Source of the DNA: an uncultured bacterium
GTDB taxonomy: Bacteria > Planctomycetota > UBA1135 > GCA-002686595
NCBI GenBank assembly: GCA_943787795.1
Contig: CALSNU010000004.1
Span: forward strand, 352,001-416,000
Direction of reading: 5' to 3'
Length of the DNA stretch: 64,000 bases
The stretch's first letter is position 1, and each line of letters starts with the position of its first letter. A program made the translations under genes and the position numbers. Under the pieces are notes generated by a model. It made no database searches. It was not told the DNA's origin and was given only the letters and a program-made list of their open reading frames with translations. Positions 59,801 through 64,000 of the stretch are shown here, in pieces.

Positions 59801-60304
59801 GACGATGAACTCGGCCCCGACCTCGACCCGCAGGTCTTGAACGTCGCCCGCGGCAGCCGCCGCTCTGGAGATGCGCTCCGAGGGCGTGAAGGCTCCGCTG
59901 AACTCGAGTCGGGTCACGACGTGCGTGCTGTCGAACCGGAGACCTGTGAGCCCCTGAATCGGGTCCGGCGTCACGGTCTTGATGGGGACCAGTGAGAGGG
60001 TCGGGCCGGTCCGCTCCTCCCCCGCCGAGAACGTGCGCGCGGTTTCCAGGTCGAGGGCGTTGGCGAGCCCGAGCTCCACGCGGGCTGCCCAGACCCCCTC
60101 GGTGGCCTGTGCCTCCGAGAATTGGATGCTCAAAGGCCGGATACTCAAGGGCCCGATACTCAAGGGCCCGATACTCAAGGGCTGGGGGCCAGAGCCCCCA
60201 CGCATGAGGCTGGCCCCCTGAGCGGGCGCGAGCGCCGCCGCTGCTGCGAGGACGAGAGGCGCCATCGCGCCCCGCCTCCAACCATGCCCAAGGACCTTTC
60301 CCAT
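56846..60304 (-). CDS. Large exported hypothetical protein (FN3-like, HEAT-like, C-terminal beta-helix-like)
   Basis: Signal-like APLVLAAAAALAPA (alternative start 60265); LRW...TYRVRR...FHYEVV FN3 pattern; LLLPPGVYE...VVLQDLTL beta-helix pattern. Confidence 0.6.
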   Translation of the reverse strand: MGKVLGHGWRRGAMAPLVLAAAAALAPAQGASLMRGGSGPQPLSIGPLSIGPLSIRPLSIQFSEAQATEGVWAARVELGLANALDLETARTFSAGEERTGPTLSLVPIKTVTPDPIQGLTGLRFDSTHVVTRLEFSGAFTPSERISRAAAAAGDVQDLRVEVGAEFIVEPAEGDLWCYLRVLDVAVDRVHLEVARAPRSIPALRRSPGGLRVSSTGGAFRLRWERSEADTGATYRVRRRMTTQAPGGDVGDGLKKTSTPSTGPEEWKTLAIVRGGEFTEQEAPWGEIFHYEVVRCDADGRVLPGCLGRVIEAARVETPGEWALVVDTGDRVDLVSGRVVGPDDLAHIEVHSGATGSIALKPLEGVRFALEKKSSLVQDQSWWMTPGSDRRYVPGRTAMVAPGGELQFRLPDGTLGRLSVDDERGTNCRLRRQLAMGGDRLLPRPPDASPEVQRGDAGEVELTFSELDRRTGVEPGRVILVAEREVLFGQGDWSILSESAAGSRSLVLSDLFEGAASIVRLRFRHRLVSGGLSHPSAALDLLSVGADEPGRGALLDAALAGVDAEDFQRRLESRGVLLSLREDAREPLMELARGPRSPRALAAQSILEAIESADGSGAGLARRFRRRALELAVEAPRLGKLSDEARLSLFTELEPELRFEEPGERLHGLLEFIDRAERGVLREGAAPGDLRDDCEVARIWAKAIAQTEPDPGARKVAGFVATLGVVPSMSSFEAERPAFLPDGSSGISESPLPGANWTDLPGAAEELAWQLESRPELADLDLGPPLAQLLHWLRSADRSAGRWGGESDARLFDYDARTAELCLRLVERARSAEDPRPLLEAAAGLVGGEFEELMARREVSDRRLASPSARASARRSVIIEAPSLDLLEVALGEAADRAVRRAQEGPVEDPVEGVDLLLPPGVYEDASGAPARTLEILAPGVRLMPSSPEAKVEIRAALRVRGARDVVLQDLTLISAASTAVNVLEGGHLVLLRSRVASAGTVVFLQHSDLEMVESRLEGASASGKPSQWAIRQLGRCRMSLRSSYLNAGSIYLSDESENSMDRSVLDAGARTLIQAPRAGHLVARECLLRGTNLGLYHVDRGVLAGVVIDVPRDPLGRQPGGLRVGPRFFHLVGEGQVVPPTMRLEVEPLRPR
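60125..60182. repeat. In-frame 15-bp tandem repeat (GATACTCAAGGGCCC), about 4 units, encoding PLSIG
   Basis: Directly visible; lies just after the predicted signal peptide. Confidence 0.9.
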
Positions 60305-60454
60305 CGCTGGAGAATAGCCCGTCCAGGGCCCAAGGGTCGGCGTCTGTCGTGCTCCGACCGCCGCTGCGGCCGGCCGAAGCGCACGGCAGCACAGAGAACC
60401 GGCATTTGAGGACTGGTGCCCATCGCCTGGATCCGTATCATCCGCGGCTCGAAA

Positions 60455-60530
60455 GGGGACGTAGCTCAGTTGGTAGAGTGTCGCGTTCGCAATGCGAAGG
60501 TCAGGGGTTCGACTCCCCTCGTCTCCACCA
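60455..60530 (+). tRNA. tRNA-Ala (anticodon CGC)
   Basis: 76-nt cloverleaf GGGGACG...CGTCTCC-A-CCA, G3:U70 pair, anticodon loop TT-CGC-AA, GTTCGA T-loop. Confidence 0.97.
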
Positions 60531-60535
60531 TGTTC

Positions 60536-60579
60536 AAGGGACCCCGTGATGACTCGTCATCGCGGGGTCCTTCTTTGTT
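60536..60579 (+). terminator. Intrinsic terminator after tRNA-Ala
   Basis: GGACCCCGTGATGA-CTCG-TCATCGCGGGGTCC hairpin followed by TTCTTTGTT. Confidence 0.75.
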
Positions 60580-60698
60580 GGCCCCGGAGAAGCTCCGGAG
60601 AGGCCCCGGAGAGGCCTCAGCGACGCCCCACGCCACTGGGACCACCTCAACAGGGACAACCTCTGGTCCCGAAGGTGCGGCGGGCACCGCAGAACGCA

Positions 60699-60750
60699 GG
60701 GGCCACCGCGCATGGGGCCACCGCGCATGGGGCCACCGCGCATGGGGCCA
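60699..60750. repeat. 15-bp tandem repeat (GGGGCCACCGCGCAT)x3.5
   Basis: Three perfect units plus a partial one, between tRNA-Ala and the rnd stop. Confidence 0.92.
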
Positions 60751-60793
60751 ATCGCGAGACTGCAGCGCTCCCCCTATCGGGGAGCGCGGCCGG

Positions 60794-62026
60794 TCAGCGT
60801 CGACCGCGGCCGCCCCGCCGCCGCCCGCGCCGGCGAGTCGGGATCACTCCCTTCGACGCGTCGTCCTTGAAGCGGCGGACCACCTCGACGATGTCGTCGG
60901 CGAACCACTCCAGCTGCCAGGGCTCGAGCAGCTCGAGCGCCTCCACCGCCGCCCTGTCCGCCGGCGCCGCCGCGGCGAGGCGCTGGAGGGTGCTCCGATG
61001 GAGGAGGTAGGACGACTCGATCTGTCGCTCCGTCGAGACGTCCCGGCGCAAGCGCTTGAGGCGCTCGTGGAGCTCAACCCCCAGCTCATCGAGGTCGACC
61101 TGCTCCCCTCGTCGTGGCGTGGCGGGGAGCCGCTCGATCGGCCCGTTTCGCTCCGCGCGATCAAGGGCACGCTGGAGCCTGTCTCCGAGCCGCGTCAATA
61201 CGCGGCTCGTGATCCCCTCGACGCGGAGCAGCTCTCGCTCGGACTGCGGCCGGCGCTCCGCCAGCTGGATCAGCGACTTGTTGCCGAGGATTCGGAACGG
61301 AGGGCTGTCATGCTTCTCCGCGAGCTTGTCTCGCATGATGAAGAGCTCACGGAGCGCGCTCGCCCCCGCCGGATCCAGCGTCCGCGCCCCCTTGATCTTG
61401 ACGAAGTCATCGGGGTTGGACTCGGCCGGCGGAGCCTCGAGGTCCTCGAGGCGTCGGCACTCCGAATCGACGATCATCATCCTGCCGCGCTCCTCAAGGG
61501 CCGCTCGCTGGCGATCCATGAGGGGTAGCAAGAAGCGCGTATCAAGCCGCGCGTAGGCGATCTGCTTGGGGCTCAGGGGGCGCTGGGCCCAGTTAGATCG
61601 CTGCTGCGACTTGTCCAGCCGAACGCCGAACTCACCCTCGAGCACCGAGGCGAGCCCAGGGGTCTGGCTCCCGAGGACGGCCGCGGCGACGCGCGTGTCA
61701 AACAGACCCTCGAAGCGGAACCCGTACTCGCGGCCCAGGATGAGGACGTCGTACTCCGCGTCGTGGAAGATCTTGACGATCTCTGGATCCTCGAAGATCG
61801 GCGCGAAGCGGCCGAGGTCAAGGTCGGCGAAGGGATCCACCAGCCAATCCTCGCCTCCGGCGGTCACCTGGATCAGGCAGACCTTGTCCCGGTAGCTGAA
61901 GAAGGAGTCGGCCTCCGTGTCCACCGCGATGGCCTCGTCACCATCGATGGCCTCCAGGAGGCGACTGAAGTCAGCCTCGGTCTGCACCAGCGTGGGAGGG
62001 GGGAGGTCTTCGATCCGCTGGTCCAT
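60794..62026 (-). CDS. rnd: Ribonuclease D (3'-5' exonuclease + HRDC)
   Basis: AVDTEAD, CLIQV, KIFHDAEYD, LFDT, SNWAQRPL...YARLD, HRDC domain. Start ATG 62026. Confidence 0.92.
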   Translation of the reverse strand: MDQRIEDLPPPTLVQTEADFSRLLEAIDGDEAIAVDTEADSFFSYRDKVCLIQVTAGGEDWLVDPFADLDLGRFAPIFEDPEIVKIFHDAEYDVLILGREYGFRFEGLFDTRVAAAVLGSQTPGLASVLEGEFGVRLDKSQQRSNWAQRPLSPKQIAYARLDTRFLLPLMDRQRAALEERGRMMIVDSECRRLEDLEAPPAESNPDDFVKIKGARTLDPAGASALRELFIMRDKLAEKHDSPPFRILGNKSLIQLAERRPQSERELLRVEGITSRVLTRLGDRLQRALDRAERNGPIERLPATPRRGEQVDLDELGVELHERLKRLRRDVSTERQIESSYLLHRSTLQRLAAAAPADRAAVEALELLEPWQLEWFADDIVEVVRRFKDDASKGVIPTRRRGRRRGGRGRR

Positions 62027-62186
62027 GGGCGGACCATACGACTTCGCCCCCCCCCCATGCGAGCGTCTCCGCGCTGCGGGGTTGTCCCGGACAGGACACC
62101 GCCGGATCGGCGCCACCACGGCCCGCCCCTGGGGCGGGACCAACGAGGCCGGCCAGCCTGAGGACCCCGGCAGGAGATGGGGCCAG

Positions 62187-62291
62187 GGCCCAGCGGAGGC
62201 CCAGCGCAGACCCAGCGGAAGGCCCAGCGGAACCCGGCGGAGGCCCAGCGGAAGGCCCAGCGCAAACCCGGCGGAGGCCCAAACGAAGGCC
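62187..62291. repeat. Degenerate 11/12-bp tandem repeat (GGCCCAGCGGA[A])
   Basis: About nine CCC(A/G)GCG-containing units between rnd and tRNA-Asp. Confidence 0.8.
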
Positions 62292-62362
62292 GCCCCGCAT
62301 TCCGTAGGACGGTCGGGGCGGTGCTCGAACCTCTCCGCGGCTTGGAGAGGCGAGGGGCGGGA

Positions 62363-62439
62363 TGGCGAGGATGACGGGACTTGAACCCGCAACCTCCGGC
62401 GTGACAGGCCGGCACTCTAACCAATTGAGCTACATCCCC
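62363..62439 (-). tRNA. tRNA-Asp (anticodon GTC)
   Basis: 77-nt cloverleaf GGGGATG...CATCCTC-G-CCA, anticodon loop CT-GTC-AC, discriminator G73. Confidence 0.97.
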
Positions 62440-62533
62440 GCTTGTTGGCGCGAAGAATAGCGACTGGGGCGATTGTGTCCAGCCCTTCACTAAACTTCTC
62501 AGGGCCTCGGGCCGTCCCACCCCCCTCGGTGCC

Positions 62534-64000
62534 TCACTTCCCGTCGCTCAGAGCCCCCAGGTCCACCTCCAGCACGACCCCCTCACCGGGCGTCACTGGA
62601 CGCAGGGTGGCGCGGGTCCACGGCCAAGGGGCTCGCCCATCACGGCCAGGCGCATCGGCCCGCACCGTGTAGCTCGCGTCCGCGTCGAAGATCGGGAGCC
62701 GGTTCGGGCCGGCGGGCACGAGCCGGGTGTAGAGCACCTCGGGGTCGTCCCCCTCCCTCACCACCTGGAGCACCGAGGGAGCGGCGAGGCGTAGCTCTGG
62801 CAGCCAGCCCGCAGGAGCCCGCCCGTCAGCTTCCGACAGGCCGAAGCGCACCGGCCAGCCCGCGTAAGGTCGCGCCCCTTCCGAGTCGGGGTCCATGTGT
62901 CGCGGCCAGGCCTCCAGCTGGACGGTGGCCGAGCTGCGATCCACCCGCGCGATCCCGTACCCGGGAGCCCGGTCATTGAGACGTGTGGGCTCGATGCCCT
63001 CCGACCTGGGATTGGCGACCGCGAGCACCGTCATGCGGTTCCCGAACCCATCCAGGTAGCGCCCGGTATAACCGGGTCCGCCGGCGTCCGCGGCGCCGCC
63101 CGACTCCCGCTGCATCGGATCCGGGAACCAGCGGCGCGGCCAGGTGTTCGCCACGGCCGGCGAAGAGAGGACGAACCCCGCGTCATCGAAGTCATCCACC
63201 CCGTAGCGCAGGGTCGAGCCCAGGTGCTGATCCCCGGTCAGGTGGAAGGCCCCCGCCGAACGGAGCAGCCGTACGGCGGCGTCCCGACCCGACTGCGGCC
63301 ACCCGTTGGAGTCCATATCTGCCGCCCGCTTGTCGCCGGGGACGTACTCCCCCGGCGAGGGGACCTTGAGCGAGGGGATCACGCTGCCAGAGCTCGCGGA
63401 CTCGGGGATGGTGGCCACGTTCGCAAACGGCGTCTGCGACAGGCAGGCCTTGAACCAGGCGTCCGACGGCCACGAGGCGCCCCACTCCTCGAGCATCCCG
63501 AGCTGCGACGCCCCGAGCAGCACCGCCCCTTCCACGTCCGCACCCGTCGCAGGATCGAAGTCCGGATTCAGGGACCAGCCGTTACGGACGCGGCCCTCCG
63601 TGACGACCACCGCCGGCGGCGACTTGTACATCCGGTCTGCGAGCACGGCGAAGCTGCCTCCGCCCCAGTTCAGGGTCGTGTGGTACGTCGTGATGCCGAC
63701 ATCGAGGCGCGCCTCGCCGCGCGGCGCCGGCAGGTGCTCCACCTGGGTGCGGTGGACCGCGTTCACGAACTCGGGGGGCATCTTGTACCCCCCTCGGTCC
63801 TGGACGGTGAGGTCGCCGGGGTCGGGCTCCCGCACGCCGGCGTTGCCCCACACGTTCCCGTGATACACGTCGTGGTCGTCTGGCACCACGACGGAGGGCA
63901 GGCGGCGCGTCAGCTCGCCGAAGGACCAGCCGTGGCGATACCACTTGTGGAGGTAGTCGAGCAGCGCGTCCTCGATCGGTCGAGTGATGGCCGGCGTCAG
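62534..64000 (-). CDS. PhoD-family (alkaline phosphatase D-like) metallophosphatase, 5' part outside the window
   Basis: Frame open to base 64000; PDDHDV, LADR, LGASQL..LEEW, DSNGWP..GRD, LTGDQH. Confidence 0.8.
   Translation of the reverse strand: MTPAITRPIEDALLDYLHKWYRHGWSFGELTRRLPSVVVPDDHDVYHGNVWGNAGVREPDPGDLTVQDRGGYKMPPEFVNAVHRTQVEHLPAPRGEARLDVGITTYHTTLNWGGGSFAVLADRMYKSPPAVVVTEGRVRNGWSLNPDFDPATGADVEGAVLLGASQLGMLEEWGASWPSDAWFKACLSQTPFANVATIPESASSGSVIPSLKVPSPGEYVPGDKRAADMDSNGWPQSGRDAAVRLLRSAGAFHLTGDQHLGSTLRYGVDDFDDAGFVLSSPAVANTWPRRWFPDPMQRESGGAADAGGPGYTGRYLDGFGNRMTVLAVANPRSEGIEPTRLNDRAPGYGIARVDRSSATVQLEAWPRHMDPDSEGARPYAGWPVRFGLSEADGRAPAGWLPELRLAAPSVLQVVREGDDPEVLYTRLVPAGPNRLPIFDADASYTVRADAPGRDGRAPWPWTRATLRPVTPGEGVVLEVDLGALSDGK

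Noticed and set aside
60455..62439. tRNA genes as island or prophage attachment sites
   Set aside because: No integrase and no duplicated tRNA 3' end seen; the gene between them is housekeeping rnd.

Overview
High-GC, gene-dense bacterial chromosome segment. It is most likely from a Planctomycetota-type lineage; this is inferred from the secreted proteins with a Cys-containing 'FQxxYRD' C-terminal domain, a W/Y-rich TPR protein and membrane FHA/HEAT proteins, not from a marker gene. Main content: galactokinase-family kinase; MBOAT + SGNH O-acyltransferase pair; LPS/envelope cluster (GT9, lptF/lptG, LPS-kinase-like, lipid A acyltransferase); cobalamin riboswitch with a B12-type ABC importer; two orphan sensor kinases; stand-alone homocysteine S-methyltransferase; S8 protease; large Kelch/galactose-oxidase-like protein; sigma54 activator; pcrA/uvrD; aldehyde dehydrogenase; pyrE; hutU; TetR-RND efflux; EAL protein; acnA; rnd; a PhoD-family phosphatase; tRNA-Ala(CGC) and tRNA-Asp(GTC). 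I saw no transposase, integrase, phage or CRISPR. Best leads: (1) a B12 riboswitch whose sequestered RBS drives a 65-codon leader ORF coupled to the permease, in an operon with a secreted beta-propeller but no TonB-dependent receptor; (2) a promoter-RNA-terminator element upstream of the aldehyde dehydrogenase (candidate new sRNA or attenuator); (3) several proteins with swapped catalytic residues (AA5 oxidase, GalK, LPS kinase, FHA, RND relay); (4) pervasive local minisatellites. All calls come from reading motifs by eye; no database searches were run.
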